Positions 47,941 to 59,985 of a DNA stretch of 64,000 bases are shown here, in pieces (within the stretch, counting starts at the first letter, position 1; every line of letters starts with the position of its first letter). The stretch is from Oceanospirillales bacterium (GTDB lineage Bacteria > Pseudomonadota > Gammaproteobacteria > Xanthomonadales > SZUA-36). Both the position numbers and the translations under genes were made by a program. Below the pieces are notes generated by a model that saw only the letters and a program-made list of their open reading frames with translations, was not told the origin of the DNA and made no database searches. The stretch lies in the NCBI GenBank assembly GCA_003233115.1, contig QIKV01000061.1:889-64888 (forward strand), written 5' to 3'.

Positions 47941-48335
47941 GCCCTTCGCCGGATGGTATGACTTCCAACCGGCCCTACCTGTTACGCGCGTTGTATGAGT
48001 GGATTGCCGATAACGGCCTGACGCCTCACATCCTCGTTGATGCTGAAGCCGATGGTGTGAATGTCCCGGATCATGCGATACAAAAAGGTAAGGTCGTTCT
48101 CAATATTTCCGCTGGCGCTACCGAGCAGTTGCTGCTTGATAACGAGGTCATTGATTTCAAGGCACGTTTTTCCGGCAACCCTTACCATATAGCCGTACCG
48201 ATGAGTGCCGTGATTGCCATATATGCGCGTGAAAATGGTCAGGGTATGATGTTTGCCAAAGATGATTCCGATCCCCCTCCGGTCGATGGATCAGATCAGT
48301 CTCCACCCCGAAGCCACTTGAAAGTTGTTAAATAA
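47937..48335 (+). CDS. sspB: ClpXP adaptor SspB
   Basis: RPYLLRALYEWI.DN.LTPH..V.A…V.LNIS. C-terminal …LKVVK ClpX-binding tail. Overlaps the sspA stop. Confidence 0.9.
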   Translation: MSPSPDGMTSNRPYLLRALYEWIADNGLTPHILVDAEADGVNVPDHAIQKGKVVLNISAGATEQLLLDNEVIDFKARFSGNPYHIAVPMSAVIAIYARENGQGMMFAKDDSDPPPVDGSDQSPPRSHLKVVK

Positions 48336-48365
48336 GACCTGCCGGGGGCACTCAGTTGCGCGCGT

Positions 48366-48695
48366 TCACAAATCCCCTAAGTCCTCGATCAAACGACCTT
48401 CTTCCAGGTCAAGCGTAACGGTCAGAGATGCACGAAATCCCAGCGTAACCGCTCCACGTCTGCGTACGGCACCGCTGGTGGCAAATTCAAAGCCATAGCT
48501 GATCAGGATACGTGAATCGGCAGTTTTGTGATTCCATGTAATCGAGCTTAGTGACACCGTATCATCCAGCAATTGCAAACCATGGTTATCGCACACCTTA
48601 CCCGCTGCCTTGCGGGCCTTCTGCCGGCCCTGCATCAGTTGCCACCATGCGACGATGGCGCCACTGACCAGCAGGAAAACTATCAGCCCGAACAT
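48366..48695 (-). CDS. DUF3301-family small membrane protein
   Basis: N-terminal TM helix followed by QLLDDTV…F.F pattern. 109 aa. Confidence 0.55.
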   Translation of the reverse strand: MFGLIVFLLVSGAIVAWWQLMQGRQKARKAAGKVCDNHGLQLLDDTVSLSSITWNHKTADSRILISYGFEFATSGAVRRRGAVTLGFRASLTVTLDLEEGRLIEDLGDL

Positions 48696-49249
48696 TTTTT
48701 AATCAGCCTCAGCAACACATCGGTCGCACCATCACCACCATCGGCCGGTTTGCACGCAGTGAATGCCAGCACTTGAGGATGGTCCCGCAAAAGCTGCCGG
48801 GTCATGATTTTTAACCTGGGTCCTTGCACGGAGCGCAGGCCTTTACCATGAATGACGCGTATACATTGCAACGCGCCAGCTTGTGAGTCCGCGATAAATT
48901 CCAACAGTACTGTGGTGGCTGTTGCAATGTTCATCTGGTGCAGATCCAGTTGGTCACCAATCTGAAAACGGCCTCTTCTCAGCTTCTGCATGATTCTTTT
49001 CTGTACGCCATTTTTCCGGTGTGAAGCGCCATCGCCGGCATCAATACCCGGTTGACTTCCAGTCACAAGGCTGAAAGTCCGGGCGGCAGAGGCAGGAATG
49101 GTTGCGTGGCCGCGTTTTCGACGTTCCCGGGCGGATGGTTTTGGTGGCTCCGAGTCTGTCCTGGCCCCTGACTTGAGCGGCTCTACACCAGCCATTGCCT
49201 GCCGGAACAGGTGCCCGTCCGATGCCGACCCTTTTTTCTTCTTATCCAT
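48683..49249 (-). CDS. Smr-domain protein
   Basis: C-terminal Smr domain (LDLHQM....A...L..F........C..VIHGKG). Confidence 0.75.
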   Translation of the reverse strand: MDKKKKGSASDGHLFRQAMAGVEPLKSGARTDSEPPKPSARERRKRGHATIPASAARTFSLVTGSQPGIDAGDGASHRKNGVQKRIMQKLRRGRFQIGDQLDLHQMNIATATTVLLEFIADSQAGALQCIRVIHGKGLRSVQGPRLKIMTRQLLRDHPQVLAFTACKPADGGDGATDVLLRLIKKCSG

Positions 49250-49351
49250 GAAATTACCAATTCTGCATATCGGAGACCATACTAAATACGTACAATATCA
49301 CCTCTTATTTTGGTGTGTAGGATTTTCAGCGGGGCGTGGAAGAATATCTAT

Positions 49352-50134
49352 ATGAAACTTCTGATCAGCAATGATGATGGCATTGAAGCCAAGGGCATTC
49401 GCGTGCTGGCACAGAGCATGATGGGCCTGGGTGAGGTCACCATCGTGGCTCCGGATAAAAATCGCAGCGGGGCAAGCAATTCGTTGACACTTGATGCGCC
49501 GATCCGGATCAAGGAAATAGATGACAATGTTTACCGTGTGTCAGGCACGCCAAGCGATTGCGTACATATCGCCTTGACAGGCTTACTCGAAGGCGATCCT
49601 GACATCGTTGTTTCCGGTATCAATGCCGGCGCGAACCTGGGTGACGACGTGATCTATTCCGGTACGGTTGCAGCAGCCATGGAGGGCCGGTTTCTCGGCT
49701 TTCCGGCAGTGGCACTTTCGCTGGTATTTGACGAGCACCCCAGATACTTCGAGACTGCAAGTGAGGCGGCCATACGGATTGTGAAGCAATTGCAGCGGGA
49801 TCCTTTGCCTGCAGACACCATACTTAACGTCAATGTGCCTGACTATCCCTGGTCCGAAATCCAGGGTTTTGAAGTCACCCGGCTCGGCCACCGCCACCGT
49901 GCAGAATCGGTGATCAAGACCACTGACCCGCGTGGCCGGGATATGTATTGGATCGGCCCGGCCGGCGCAGAGCAGGATGCCGGCCCGGGTACGGATTTCG
50001 ATGCTGTCAGGCGCAAATTCATCTCTATTACGCCTATCCATGTGGATCTGACCCGATACCAGGCATTGGACCAGGTGGCAGGCTGGGTGACATCAATCGG
50101 CATTGGCGCAGATGCTGAGGAGGATGCTGCATGA
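49352..50134 (+). CDS. surE: 5'/3'-nucleotidase SurE
   Basis: [16 protein letters not shown]…[25 protein letters not shown]. Confidence 0.9.
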   Translation: MKLLISNDDGIEAKGIRVLAQSMMGLGEVTIVAPDKNRSGASNSLTLDAPIRIKEIDDNVYRVSGTPSDCVHIALTGLLEGDPDIVVSGINAGANLGDDVIYSGTVAAAMEGRFLGFPAVALSLVFDEHPRYFETASEAAIRIVKQLQRDPLPADTILNVNVPDYPWSEIQGFEVTRLGHRHRAESVIKTTDPRGRDMYWIGPAGAEQDAGPGTDFDAVRRKFISITPIHVDLTRYQALDQVAGWVTSIGIGADAEEDAA

Positions 50135-50808
50135 TTCATAAGCGCAAGCTTGGTACTGAAAACCGCGGGATCGGTATGACATCCCAGGGTACGCGTGACC
50201 GTCTCGTGCGGCGATTACGCCAGGAGGGTATCAAAGATGAGCGGGTATTGAAGGCTATCACCCAGGTGCCCCGGCATGAATTTGTCGATGAAGCCCTGTC
50301 CAGTCGTGCCTACGAAGATACGGCATTGCCGATCGGGCAAAGCCAGACCATTTCCCAGCCATGGATCGTGGCCCGCATGACCGAAGCATTGCTGCATGGC
50401 GGTAACCCCCAAAAGGTATTGGAAGTGGGGACAGGCTCAGGCTATCAGGCGGCGATCCTTGCACACCTGGTACCCTCGGTCTTTACGGTAGAGCGTATTG
50501 ATGAACTACTCAAACTTGCACGCCGACGCTTTCATGGCATGCGTTTGAACAATATATATATGCGCTATGCAGATGGCCACCTTGGCTGGCCCAGCCAGGC
50601 ACCATTCGACGGAATTATGGTCACCGCAGCAGCACAGTCGATCCCGGAGGAACTGTTGCAACAGTTGGGCGTTGGAGGTGTGCTGGTCATTCCGATTGAG
50701 AAACATGGCTACCAGCGTCTGATGGCCGTCCGGCGTAGTGAAAACGGCTTTGAAGAGTCGGATCTGGGCGGGGTCATTTTTGTGCCAATGCTCAGCGGCC
50801 TGGCCTGA
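50131..50808 (+). CDS. pcm: Protein-L-isoaspartate O-methyltransferase
   Basis: [12 protein letters not shown]…[16 protein letters not shown]…. Confidence 0.9.
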   Translation: MIHKRKLGTENRGIGMTSQGTRDRLVRRLRQEGIKDERVLKAITQVPRHEFVDEALSSRAYEDTALPIGQSQTISQPWIVARMTEALLHGGNPQKVLEVGTGSGYQAAILAHLVPSVFTVERIDELLKLARRRFHGMRLNNIYMRYADGHLGWPSQAPFDGIMVTAAAQSIPEELLQQLGVGGVLVIPIEKHGYQRLMAVRRSENGFEESDLGGVIFVPMLSGLA

Positions 50809-50844
50809 AGTGGCAAGTACCAACATAAAATCAACGGAGCACTG

Positions 50845-51432
50845 ATGTTTCTTCGTTTATATGATCGCGTCATCGCTCTGGCAGCCCACCGCGGGGCACC
50901 GGCTTACCTGGCGGCTTTGAGTTTCACTGAATCCAGTTTTTTTCCCATACCACCAGATGTGATGCTGATTCCGATGTGCCTGGCCAAACCAGCCCGGGGA
51001 TGGCGCTACGCTACATTATGTACCTTGTTTTCCGTTCTTGGGGGCATGGCGGGATACCTGATCGGAAAGCTCGCTTTTGGTTGGCTGGAACCATGGTTGA
51101 TGGCGTCCAGTTACGCCGGCGCTTTTACTCATGTGGTGGCGGCGTTTGAGAAGTGGGGGTTCTGGTATATCCTGCTGGCAGGATTCACGCCCATTCCCTA
51201 TAAAGTCTTTACCATCGGTGCCGGTGTTGTCGGCATGCCTTTTTTGGCCTTTGTGGCGGGTTCAGCCGTTGGCAGGGGAGGCCGTTTTTTTCTTGTTGCC
51301 GGATTGATCCGCCTGGGTGGTGAAAACCTCGCCATGCGCATGCGCAGGTACATTGATGTAATCGGTTGGGGTACGCTTGCCGTTGGTGCGGTGCTATTTC
51401 TTGTTGTCAAGTTGAACGGTGGTTCACCATGA
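50845..51432 (+). CDS. YqaA-family (DedA-superfamily) membrane protein
   Basis: L…ESSFFPIPPDVMLIPM motif and multiple TM helices. Confidence 0.75.
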   Translation: MFLRLYDRVIALAAHRGAPAYLAALSFTESSFFPIPPDVMLIPMCLAKPARGWRYATLCTLFSVLGGMAGYLIGKLAFGWLEPWLMASSYAGAFTHVVAAFEKWGFWYILLAGFTPIPYKVFTIGAGVVGMPFLAFVAGSAVGRGGRFFLVAGLIRLGGENLAMRMRRYIDVIGWGTLAVGAVLFLVVKLNGGSP

Positions 51433-52253
51433 AGGTAATTGCGAAGGGTTTGCTGGCTGTGCCCCTGCTGATTACCCTCGTGGCTTGCGGTCATCATCGG
51501 CCAGCGCCGATAGAAGAATATTCTGCAACCCGGATGAAAAGCCCGTTAAGTGCAGATGGCACCTATCACGTCAGGCCGGGTGATACCTTGTATGCCATCG
51601 CATTCAGCTACGGCCTGGATCATCGTGAAGTCGCTGCATGGAATGGAATTCCCAGTCCTTATGTCATTTATCCCGGACAGAACATACGCCTGTCTCCGCC
51701 GGCCGGGGAGGATGCGCGCCACACGGGCAAGTCATCGGCTGTGCAGATCACAGGAATTAAGGCACCAGGTGAGGTAACCACCAGGGCGCATACAGCCAGC
51801 ACCCCGCCACCGGCAACTGCGACGAAGCCAACGGTGCAAACGTCACCTGCCAGGAAAACTTCCAACCAAAGTTCAACAGATCCTAAAAGCTGGAGGTGGC
51901 CCACAAGTGGTCGTGTGCTCCGGGGGTATGTCGCTGGCGACCCGGCAAGGAATGGCCTGGATATTGCAGGTAAGGAAGGACAGCCTGTCAAAGCATCATC
52001 TGCTGGCAAGGTCGTCTACAGCGGTAATGGACTGATCGGTTATGGTGAGCTGATTATCATCAAGCACAGTGAAAGAATGCTTAGTGCCTATGCCCACAAC
52101 AGGGTCCGGCTGGTACAGGAGGGTGAGCAGGTTTCAGCAGGCCAAAAAATCGCTGAAATGGGTAGAAATGATCAAAATGAGCAATTACTGCACTTTGAGA
52201 TCCGAATCCGTGGCAAGCCGGTAAACCCGCTCCGATACCTTCCTGCAAAGTAG
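51429..52253 (+). CDS. nlpD: LysM/M23 murein hydrolase activator lipoprotein NlpD
   Basis: Lipobox LVAC, LysM (YHVRPGDTLYAIAFSYG), a Pro/Thr-rich linker and an M23 domain. ATGA overlap with yqaA. Confidence 0.9.
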   Translation: MKVIAKGLLAVPLLITLVACGHHRPAPIEEYSATRMKSPLSADGTYHVRPGDTLYAIAFSYGLDHREVAAWNGIPSPYVIYPGQNIRLSPPAGEDARHTGKSSAVQITGIKAPGEVTTRAHTASTPPPATATKPTVQTSPARKTSNQSSTDPKSWRWPTSGRVLRGYVAGDPARNGLDIAGKEGQPVKASSAGKVVYSGNGLIGYGELIIIKHSERMLSAYAHNRVRLVQEGEQVSAGQKIAEMGRNDQNEQLLHFEIRIRGKPVNPLRYLPAK

Positions 52254-52439
52254 CCATCAACTTTTCCTGGACTGGTTTGTAGTTGATATAACAATGATCC
52301 TGGGATTGTGACAATCGCTTCGGACTGTGATAGCTTTATGAGTCCACCTGCCGGATACACAATTGTAGTTTTTCGGTCGGGGGAGTTCGCATGATGGGTC
52401 TGACCTTGTTGCGTATTGACTGACACAGGGATTGGGGGA

Positions 52440-53381
52440 ATGAAAATAGATAATGGTACAAAGCGCAAGTCTGCGTGGAATAGCAGGGCTGCAAAACCCG
52501 GCCTGAAGTTCGTTCAGGCTGAAGTTCCCAGAGAAAAATGTCAAGCGGTGCATCATGGTGATGTCACCCGCATTTATTTAAGTGAGATCGGGCGTGCTCA
52601 GCTTCTCACGGCAGACGAAGAAAAGACCCTTGCACGGGCCGCTCGAAATGGCTGCCAGGGCAGCCGTCAGCGGATGATCGAATGCAATTTGCGCCTGGTG
52701 GTCAGAATTGCCCGTGCTTATATCAATCGTGGATTGCCCCTGCTGGATTTGATCGAGGAAGGCAACCTCGGATTAATTCGGGCCGTTGAAAAATTTGACC
52801 CGGAAAGGGGTTTCCGGTTCTCAACCTATGCAACCTGGTGGATTCGGCAATCGGTAGAACGATCCATTATGAATCAATGCCGCACTGTGCGCTTACCGAT
52901 TCATGTGATACGGGAACTCACCATATATTTGCGCACCACCCGCATTATGGAGCAAGCGTATGGCCGTCGCCCGGCCGTTGAGGAAGTTGCCTGGAAGCTG
53001 GGCAAATCCAGCGAAGCAGTTCACACGTTATTCTGCCTCAACGAGCCCACAGCTTCGACAGACAGTCCAGCCAGCAACGGCAATAGAACCGTTATCGAAA
53101 CCATCGCTGACGACCAGTGCAGGGATCCGGAATTAGAATATGCAGAACAGGCAGCGGGAGAATTATTAGGCCACTGGCTTGAATTGCTCCCCCGCCAGCA
53201 GCGCATCGTGGTTGAACACCGGTTTGGACTGCATGGCAAGGGCCGCAGCACACTGGAGGAAGTGGGCCAGTTACTCGGCGTTACCAGAGAACGTGTTCGG
53301 CAGGTACAACTGGCAGCATTGACTCGGTTGCGGGAAATCTCCCGGCGGGAAGGGGTAACCGAAGCGCCGTTTATGGACTAA
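52440..53381 (+). CDS. rpoS: RNA polymerase sigma factor RpoS
   Basis: [60 protein letters not shown] is near-identical to the RpoS region 2 consensus. Downstream of nlpD. GGGGGA RBS. Confidence 0.9.
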   Translation: MKIDNGTKRKSAWNSRAAKPGLKFVQAEVPREKCQAVHHGDVTRIYLSEIGRAQLLTADEEKTLARAARNGCQGSRQRMIECNLRLVVRIARAYINRGLPLLDLIEEGNLGLIRAVEKFDPERGFRFSTYATWWIRQSVERSIMNQCRTVRLPIHVIRELTIYLRTTRIMEQAYGRRPAVEEVAWKLGKSSEAVHTLFCLNEPTASTDSPASNGNRTVIETIADDQCRDPELEYAEQAAGELLGHWLELLPRQQRIVVEHRFGLHGKGRSTLEEVGQLLGVTRERVRQVQLAALTRLREISRREGVTEAPFMD

Positions 53382-53408
53382 GCTGTATGTTACGCTTGGG
53401 CACACTGC

Positions 53409-53479
53409 GGGGTCGGACTCAAATGCGCGGACTATGGTGTGTTTACTGATAGCTGTATGCAGCATTTGAATCCGACCCC
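53409..53479. repeat. Long imperfect inverted repeat (18-bp arms, 1 mismatch, 35-nt loop)
   Basis: ggggtcggactcaaatgc (53409-53426) pairs with gcatttgaatccgacccc (53462-53479). Lies between convergent rpoS and the Mth938-like gene. Confidence 0.7.
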
Positions 53480-53485
53480 TGTGAA

Positions 53486-53902
53486 TCACCCTGGCAATAA
53501 AGCTGCAACGACGTTCCGGCCTTCAGCCACCAGCACGTTAAACGTGCGGCAGGCAGCATCCGTAGTCATTACTTCGAAACCTATATTGCGGCGGAAGAAA
53601 AGGGCCTGAATGACGGGGGGTAAAAATGCCTGCAGCTTACCGCAACCAATCAACACAAGCTCTGGCTGCATATCAAATACGCACTGCAGCGTTTCTTCCC
53701 TGATATCACCGATCGAATGGACGCCCCATTCGGACACTATTTGCCGACCGGACAATATCAACGGGCTGGCGTAGTATTCTTCGCTGACCTGAATCCCTTT
53801 TGTACTTATTGAGCGGATGAAAAGGTAGTCCCTGGGTATTTCAAGATTGAGTTCCAATTGTTCAGCCCTGGTTTTTCCGGTAATAACAGGCAACCTGGCC
53901 AA
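53486..53902 (-). CDS. Mth938-like (DUF498) domain protein
   Basis: …LVLIGCG…P….…GIG.EVM.T.AACRT.N.L..EGR.V.A.L pattern. An alternative TTG start at 53857 would remove the 41-nt overlap with yhbY. Confidence 0.65.
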   Translation of the reverse strand: MARLPVITGKTRAEQLELNLEIPRDYLFIRSISTKGIQVSEEYYASPLILSGRQIVSEWGVHSIGDIREETLQCVFDMQPELVLIGCGKLQAFLPPVIQALFFRRNIGFEVMTTDAACRTFNVLVAEGRNVVAALLPG

Positions 53903-54125
53903 TGACCTGGATCAGTTCTGCCCCGCATTGCCGGGCGATGTCCGCCGCCCATGCCTGGCGTGCCTCACGGTCACCCCGCAGCTTGACCTTGATAAGCTCA
54001 TGGTCGTTTAGTGCGCGCTCAATTTCGGCGACAACCGATTCACTGAGACCCTTGCCGGCAACGATAACCAGTGGCTTGAGGTGATGGGCAAGGGCGCGAA
54101 GATGCTTTTTCTGTCCGCTGATCAT
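53862..54125 (-). CDS. yhbY: Ribosome assembly RNA-binding protein YhbY (CRS1/YhbY domain)
   Basis: L….KK.LR..AH.LKP.V.V.GKGLSE.V..EI..AL..HELIKVK. Divergent from rlmE, as in E. coli. Confidence 0.85.
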   Translation of the reverse strand: MISGQKKHLRALAHHLKPLVIVAGKGLSESVVAEIERALNDHELIKVKLRGDREARQAWAADIARQCGAELIQVIGQVACYYRKNQG

Positions 54126-54229
54126 GTTTTACGAGGTTGAAGGTACACTGGCGACATCTGACAGTTCCCAATATATGGCAAACTGTTATTTTAGCATTAG
54201 GATATGGTATCAGACGGGAAAATTCACTG

Positions 54230-54862
54230 ATGGCAAAAAGTAAAAGCAGTCGACGCTGGCTGGCCGAGCATTTTGATGACCAGTACGTCAAGATGGCACA
54301 ACAGCAAGGCCTGCGTTCAAGGGCAGCCTTTAAGCTAATGGAACTGGATGACAAGTACAACTTGTTGCACAAGGGAATGCGCGTAGTTGACCTGGGATCG
54401 GCGCCCGGTAGCTGGACCCAGGTGGTGCAACGGGTTCTGGGCGGCAATGGCCTGGTAGTTGCGCTGGATATTCTGCCAATGGATCCGCTCGAGAGCATCA
54501 CGTTTATCCAGGGTGATTTCACCGAAGATGAACCGCTGGCGGCGCTTGAAACTGCCCTGGGTGGTGTACAGGTTGATCTTGTGTTGTCCGATATGGCACC
54601 CAATATGAGTGGTATGGGTGCAGTCGATCAACCGCGCATCATGTATCTTGCGGAGTTGGCGCTCGAATTCGTGCAACAGTGGTTGGCTCCGGGGGGCGAT
54701 TTTGTTGTAAAGGTCTTCCATGGGGAAGGTTTTGACAACTATGTGAAGCAAACCCGGTCTATATTTGAGAAGGTTCAGGTGCGCAAACCATCGGCTTCCC
54801 GCCCGCGTAGCCGGGAAGTTTATGTACTCGGACATCGGCGCAAGTTACAATCAGGCATGTGA
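54230..54862 (+). CDS. rlmE: 23S rRNA (uridine2552-2'-O)-methyltransferase RlmE/FtsJ
   Basis: SSRRWL.EHF.D.YV..AQ..G.RSRAA.KL.E.D.K…VVDLG.APGSW.Q…V.SDMAPN.SG. Confidence 0.9.
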   Translation: MAKSKSSRRWLAEHFDDQYVKMAQQQGLRSRAAFKLMELDDKYNLLHKGMRVVDLGSAPGSWTQVVQRVLGGNGLVVALDILPMDPLESITFIQGDFTEDEPLAALETALGGVQVDLVLSDMAPNMSGMGAVDQPRIMYLAELALEFVQQWLAPGGDFVVKVFHGEGFDNYVKQTRSIFEKVQVRKPSASRPRSREVYVLGHRRKLQSGM

Positions 54863-54913
54863 CCCGTTGTCGGTCAGGCGTGATCACTTTAATAAGGTTG
54901 TGAGGATAATTGA

Positions 54914-56857
54914 TTGAATGATATGTTAAAAAATGTGATTACATGGGGCATCATCCTGGTGGTGTTGCTGTCTGTATTCAATCACTACGGCAGTGTTAGC
55001 AGCACGCCGAATAAGCTCGCTTATTCCGATTTCCTTGATAGCGTACGCAACGGCACGATTGCTGAAGTTACCATCAGCAGCACCCCGGAAGGCAATACGA
55101 TCAGCGGACGGGATTTAAACGGCAAGGAGTTTCGCAGCTTTGGTATGCCTGATCCCCGCCTTGTTGATGACCTGATAGAAAATAAAGTCAAGATTACTGC
55201 TGAACCGCCTGAACAGCGTTCGGTTATCCTCGACCTGATTATCAATATTATTCCCGTATTGTTGTTGGTTGGCTTGTGGGTGTATTTCATGCGTCAGATG
55301 CAAGGTGGTGGTGGTGGACGTGGTGCCATGTCATTTGGCAAGAGCAAGGCGAAATTGCAGGGCGAAGACCAGATCAAGGTGACGTTTGCCGATGTTGCAG
55401 GTATAGAAGAGGCCAAGGAGGAAGTCGGGGAATTGGTTGAATTCCTGCGTAATCCGGGCAAATTTCAGAAACTGGGTGGGCACATTCCACGCGGTGTACT
55501 GATGTTGGGCTCACCGGGTACCGGAAAAACCCTGCTGGCACGCGCCATTGCCGGCGAAGCCAAAGTGCCGTTCTTTTCAATTTCCGGCTCCGATTTTGTG
55601 GAAATGTTTGTTGGTGTGGGCGCATCCCGTGTGCGCGATATGTTCGATCAGGCCAAGAAGCACGCACCTTGCATCATCTTTATTGATGAAATTGATGCGG
55701 TAGGTCGACATCGCGGTGCCGGCCTCGGCGGCGGGCATGATGAACGTGAGCAGACTTTGAACCAGTTGCTGGTTGAAATGGACGGGTTTGAAGGTGGCGA
55801 AGGCGTTATTGTTATTGCCGCCACCAACCGTCCGGATGTACTGGACCCCGCTTTGTTGCGCCCCGGTCGTTTTGACCGGCAGGTGGTTGTGCCATTGCCG
55901 GACATACGTGGTCGCGAAGGCATCTTGAAAGTCCATATGCGCAAAGTACCGCTGGCTGATGATGTTGTTCCACGCACCATTGCACGCGGTACACCGGGGT
56001 TTTCAGGCGCAGATCTTGCGAACCTGGTGAATGAAGCCGCGCTGTTTGCTGCCAGGGAAACTGCCAAGGCAGTTTCCATGGAGCACTTTGAACGCGCCAA
56101 GGACAAGATCATGATGGGTTCGGAGCGACGCTCAATGGTCATGTCCGAGAAAGAAAAGAACCTGACCGCCTATCACGAAGCCGGCCACGCCATTGTCGGT
56201 CGCCTGGTGCCGGAGCACGACCCGGTATACAAGGTGAGCATCATTCCCCGTGGGCGGGCGCTGGGTGTAACCATGTTCCTGCCGGAGCAGGATAAATACA
56301 GCGTTTCGCGTAAGCAACTGGAAAGCCAGATGGCCAGTTTGTTTGGCGGCCGGGTAGCCGAGGAACTCATTTTTGGTATTGAAAATGTCACCACCGGTGC
56401 CTCGAACGACATTGAGCGTGCGACATCTATCGCCAGAAACATGGTAACCCGCTGGGGCTTGACCGATGCACTGGGGCCTTTGACCTATTCCGAAGATGAG
56501 GAGGAGGTTTTCCTTGGTCGCTCGGTAACCCAGCACAAGCATGTTTCCGATGAAACTGCCCGCAAGATAGACGAAGAGGTTCGCGTGATTGTGGAATCAG
56601 CACACAAGACAGCAACCGATCTGATTGCAGTTAACCGGAAAAAACTCCAAATCATGAGTGAAGCATTGATGAAATATGAAACCATTGATGCCGGCCAGAT
56701 TGACCAGATTATGGGGGGCAAAGTACCGGATCCACCCGCTGACTGGGACGATTCCAACTCTGATGGTGGCAAAAAAGCCCGTAGTGAATCCACCGACAAT
56801 GCTGCGGAGAGTTCGGGTGACAGCCCTTCTATTGGCGGACCGGCCGAGCAGCACTAA
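54914..56857 (+). CDS. ftsH: ATP-dependent zinc metalloprotease FtsH
   Basis: Two N-terminal TM helices, AAA+ Walker A (GSPGTGKT), Walker B (IIFIDEIDA), an SRH region and HEAGHA zinc motif. Start is TTG 54914 or ATG 54923. Confidence 0.95.
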   Translation: MNDMLKNVITWGIILVVLLSVFNHYGSVSSTPNKLAYSDFLDSVRNGTIAEVTISSTPEGNTISGRDLNGKEFRSFGMPDPRLVDDLIENKVKITAEPPEQRSVILDLIINIIPVLLLVGLWVYFMRQMQGGGGGRGAMSFGKSKAKLQGEDQIKVTFADVAGIEEAKEEVGELVEFLRNPGKFQKLGGHIPRGVLMLGSPGTGKTLLARAIAGEAKVPFFSISGSDFVEMFVGVGASRVRDMFDQAKKHAPCIIFIDEIDAVGRHRGAGLGGGHDEREQTLNQLLVEMDGFEGGEGVIVIAATNRPDVLDPALLRPGRFDRQVVVPLPDIRGREGILKVHMRKVPLADDVVPRTIARGTPGFSGADLANLVNEAALFAARETAKAVSMEHFERAKDKIMMGSERRSMVMSEKEKNLTAYHEAGHAIVGRLVPEHDPVYKVSIIPRGRALGVTMFLPEQDKYSVSRKQLESQMASLFGGRVAEELIFGIENVTTGASNDIERATSIARNMVTRWGLTDALGPLTYSEDEEEVFLGRSVTQHKHVSDETARKIDEEVRVIVESAHKTATDLIAVNRKKLQIMSEALMKYETIDAGQIDQIMGGKVPDPPADWDDSNSDGGKKARSESTDNAAESSGDSPSIGGPAEQH

Positions 56858-56876
56858 AAATCACCTGTCCTTAACA

Positions 56877-57737
56877 ATGGATCCAGGTATTCGTGAACTT
56901 GCCTGTGCCGGACGGATTGTTAATCTGGATCGGCCGCGCATTATGGGAATTCTCAATGTGACGCCGGATTCGTTTTCTGACGGCGGGCAGTGGCTGGGCC
57001 GGGAAGAGGCGATCCGGCGCGCTCTGACAATGCAGCAAGAGGGTGCCGACATGATCGATGTCGGCGGTGAATCAACACGCCCTGGTGCGCGCTCAGTGTC
57101 CCTGCAGCAGGAGCTTGACCGGGTTATCCCCGTGATTGAGGCCATCGCACCACAACTGGCTGTGCCAGTTTCCATCGATACCAGCAAGCCTGGGGTCATG
57201 CGTGAGGCTGTGGTCGCAGGGGCGGGTATGATCAATGACGTTTTTGCATTGCGACGAGATGGTGCCGTGCAGGCTGCTGCGGATCTGGCCGTTCCAGTGT
57301 GCCTGATGCATATGCAGGGCGAACCGCGGGTGATGCAGGACGAGCCTGACTATGCGGATGTGGTGGTTGCAGTCAAGCGGTTTTTATTGAACCGGGCGAA
57401 GCAATGCGAAGAAGGCGGCGTACTGGCAAAGAATATTGTTCTCGACCCGGGTTTTGGCTTTGGCAAGACCCTGCAACACAATATCAAGTTGTTCCACGCG
57501 CTGCCGACACTGGTTGAAACAGGCTACCCAATATTGGCTGGCGTGTCCCGCAAGGCCATGATCGGGCAGTTGACGGAGCGGGATACAGCAAGCCGGATGC
57601 CGGGTTCCATCGCTGCTGCGGCGCTCGCTGTTGTACAGGGAGTGGCAATCGTTCGCACTCATGACGTGGCGGAAACCCGCGATGCTCTCAATGTTGCAAT
57701 CGCATTGCGAACTGCAGCGGGGTCCGCAGAGTTGTAA
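56877..57737 (+). CDS. folP: Dihydropteroate synthase
   Basis: [16 protein letters not shown]…[10 protein letters not shown]…DPGFGFGK. I chose the start at ATG 56877. The track ORF's upstream extension overlaps ftsH. Confidence 0.9.
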   Translation: MDPGIRELACAGRIVNLDRPRIMGILNVTPDSFSDGGQWLGREEAIRRALTMQQEGADMIDVGGESTRPGARSVSLQQELDRVIPVIEAIAPQLAVPVSIDTSKPGVMREAVVAGAGMINDVFALRRDGAVQAAADLAVPVCLMHMQGEPRVMQDEPDYADVVVAVKRFLLNRAKQCEEGGVLAKNIVLDPGFGFGKTLQHNIKLFHALPTLVETGYPILAGVSRKAMIGQLTERDTASRMPGSIAAAALAVVQGVAIVRTHDVAETRDALNVAIALRTAAGSAEL

Positions 57738-57738
57738 T

Positions 57739-59091
57739 ATGGCTCACATGAACAACAAATATTTTGGTACAGACGGAATACGTGGCCGGGTGGGTGATGC
57801 ACCCGTCACTGCAGATTTTATGCTGCGCTTGGGCTGTGCCGCCGGAAAAGTGCTGGCTTGCGGGGGTTCACGCTCGGTCGTTATCGGCAAAGACACACGC
57901 ATTTCAGGTTACATGTTCGAGTCGGCACTGGAGGCCGGCCTGGCAGCAGCAGGCGCCAATGTTGCCCTGCTCGGGCCAATGCCTACACCCGCCATAGCGT
58001 ATCTGACCAGAACGCTGAACGCCTGTGCGGGCATTGTTATCAGCGCTTCACATAATCCCTTCTACGACAATGGCATCAAGTTTTTTTCTGCTGATGGCGA
58101 AAAATTACCCGATGAAGTTGAGCATGCCATTGAAGCGGTACTCGACCGGCCGTTTTCTACTGTAGATTCTGAAAGAATGGGCAAAGCCGTTCGTGTTGAA
58201 GATGCTGCCGGTCGTTATATTGAATTTTGCAAAGGCACGATACCCTTCAGTGTCTTGTTCAGCGGCATCAAGATTGCTATCGATTGTGCCAATGGCGCAA
58301 CCTACCGTGTCGGGCCGGCCGTGCTGAAAGAACTGGGTGCAGAAGTTATTACGGTTGGTAGCAAGCCCGACGGGTTGAATATCAATAATGGTTGCGGATC
58401 AACTCATCCTGAATTTGTCAGACAGGCGGTGCTGGCGCACGGGGCCGACGTTGGTATTTCCCTGGATGGTGACGGTGACCGGGTCATTATGGTGGATGCC
58501 AATGGCGAGACCGTCAATGGTGATGAGCTGCTTTATATCATGGCGGCCGCCCGCCAAGAAAGTGGCCAGTTGCAAGGCGGTGTAGTAGGGACGGTCATGA
58601 GCAATATCGGCCTGGAACTTGCGCTCCAGAAACGTAATATCCCGTTTTTACGTACACCGGTCGGCGATCGTCACGTGCACAGGGCGCTGGTCAGCAATGG
58701 CTGGACACTGGGCGGCGAGGCCTCCGGCCACCTGTTGTGCCTGGACAGAACCAGCACGGGTGACGGTATTGTCAGCGCATTGCAGGTTCTCGAAGTCATG
58801 GTCAGCACCGGCAAGAGCCTCGCTGAACTGGCGGCGGATGTGCAAAAGTTGCCGCAGGTCATGATTAACGTGCCGGTCAATGGCCGGGTTGCTGACCTGC
58901 AGGACTCCGACACCATTAACGACGCGGTCAGATCTGTGCAGGCCCGGCTGGGTGATGCCGGCAGAGTGATATTGCGTCCATCCGGTACCGAACCATTGAT
59001 TCGCGTTACCCTGGAAGGTGCGGATGAAACCCAGGTCAATCAACTGGCCGAAGAACTGGCCAGCGTGGTGCGTACCGAGCTGGCCCTGTAG
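57739..59091 (+). CDS. glmM: Phosphoglucosamine mutase
   Basis: YFGTDGIRG…, active-site SASHNP and DGDGDR metal loop. Start is ATG 57739 or 57748. Confidence 0.95.
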   Translation: MAHMNNKYFGTDGIRGRVGDAPVTADFMLRLGCAAGKVLACGGSRSVVIGKDTRISGYMFESALEAGLAAAGANVALLGPMPTPAIAYLTRTLNACAGIVISASHNPFYDNGIKFFSADGEKLPDEVEHAIEAVLDRPFSTVDSERMGKAVRVEDAAGRYIEFCKGTIPFSVLFSGIKIAIDCANGATYRVGPAVLKELGAEVITVGSKPDGLNINNGCGSTHPEFVRQAVLAHGADVGISLDGDGDRVIMVDANGETVNGDELLYIMAAARQESGQLQGGVVGTVMSNIGLELALQKRNIPFLRTPVGDRHVHRALVSNGWTLGGEASGHLLCLDRTSTGDGIVSALQVLEVMVSTGKSLAELAADVQKLPQVMINVPVNGRVADLQDSDTINDAVRSVQARLGDAGRVILRPSGTEPLIRVTLEGADETQVNQLAEELASVVRTELAL

Positions 59092-59172
59092 GAGGGAGAA
59101 GGTGAGATTGGAACCAATCGAGAAACTGGCCTGGGCCAGCACCTCCGCGGGTTGCAAATAAACGGCAAGCCA

Positions 59173-59970
59173 ATGGAAGCAGTCAAAACAGCAGAAACGC
59201 TACCACAGGCCGGTCAATCCAATCTGAGCCTGCTCAGTTTTAATATTCAGACGGGTGTTGAGACGCGCGATTTTCATGAGTATGTCACCAAGAGCTGGAA
59301 GCATCTGCTGCCGCTTCGGGAACGTATCTCGAATCTGAACCACATTGCCAAGCTGATTCACTCCTATGACCTGGTCGGGTTGCAGGAAGTGGATTCCGGC
59401 AGCTTGCGCACCGGCTTTCTGGACCAGACAGAATATCTCGCCCAGCGGGCAGAATTCCCTTACTGGTACAGGCAAGTCAACCGTAGTCTGGGCAAGATCG
59501 CCCAGCACAGCAACGGCGTACTAAGCCGCATTCAACCACGTTGTGTTGATGAGCACAAATTGCCTGGATTGCGGGGGCGGGGTGCCATGTTGGTGGAATT
59601 GCAGACCAACCGGGAGCCATTGCTTGTATGTATCATGCATTTGGCGTTGGGCAAGCGTGCCCGCAGGCTCCAACTGGCTTATATCAGCGAGCTGGTTAGC
59701 GAATATTCGCAGTTGGTGGTGATGGGTGACTTCAATTGTGGAGCACAATCGAGGGAGTTGCGGGAGTTGGTGTACAGCACGCACTTGCAGCTACCCATCG
59801 AGGAAATGAATACCTTCCCCAGTTGGCGTCCGAGCCATAAATTTGACCATATCCTGATTTCCGATTCTTTACTTTTAAAGAAAACTGATGTGCTGGCACA
59901 TACCCACTCAGACCATTTGCCGATCTCAGTGGAGATCGAGCTACCGGCTGGCGTATTCCTGATAAAGTGA
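59173..59970 (+). CDS. Endonuclease/exonuclease/phosphatase (EEP) family protein
   Basis: …LLSFNIQ…GLQEVD…GDFN…SDHLPI… are the canonical EEP motifs. Confidence 0.75.
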   Translation: MEAVKTAETLPQAGQSNLSLLSFNIQTGVETRDFHEYVTKSWKHLLPLRERISNLNHIAKLIHSYDLVGLQEVDSGSLRTGFLDQTEYLAQRAEFPYWYRQVNRSLGKIAQHSNGVLSRIQPRCVDEHKLPGLRGRGAMLVELQTNREPLLVCIMHLALGKRARRLQLAYISELVSEYSQLVVMGDFNCGAQSRELRELVYSTHLQLPIEEMNTFPSWRPSHKFDHILISDSLLLKKTDVLAHTHSDHLPISVEIELPAGVFLIK

Positions 59971-59985
59971 CCGGGGTGGCCGGTT

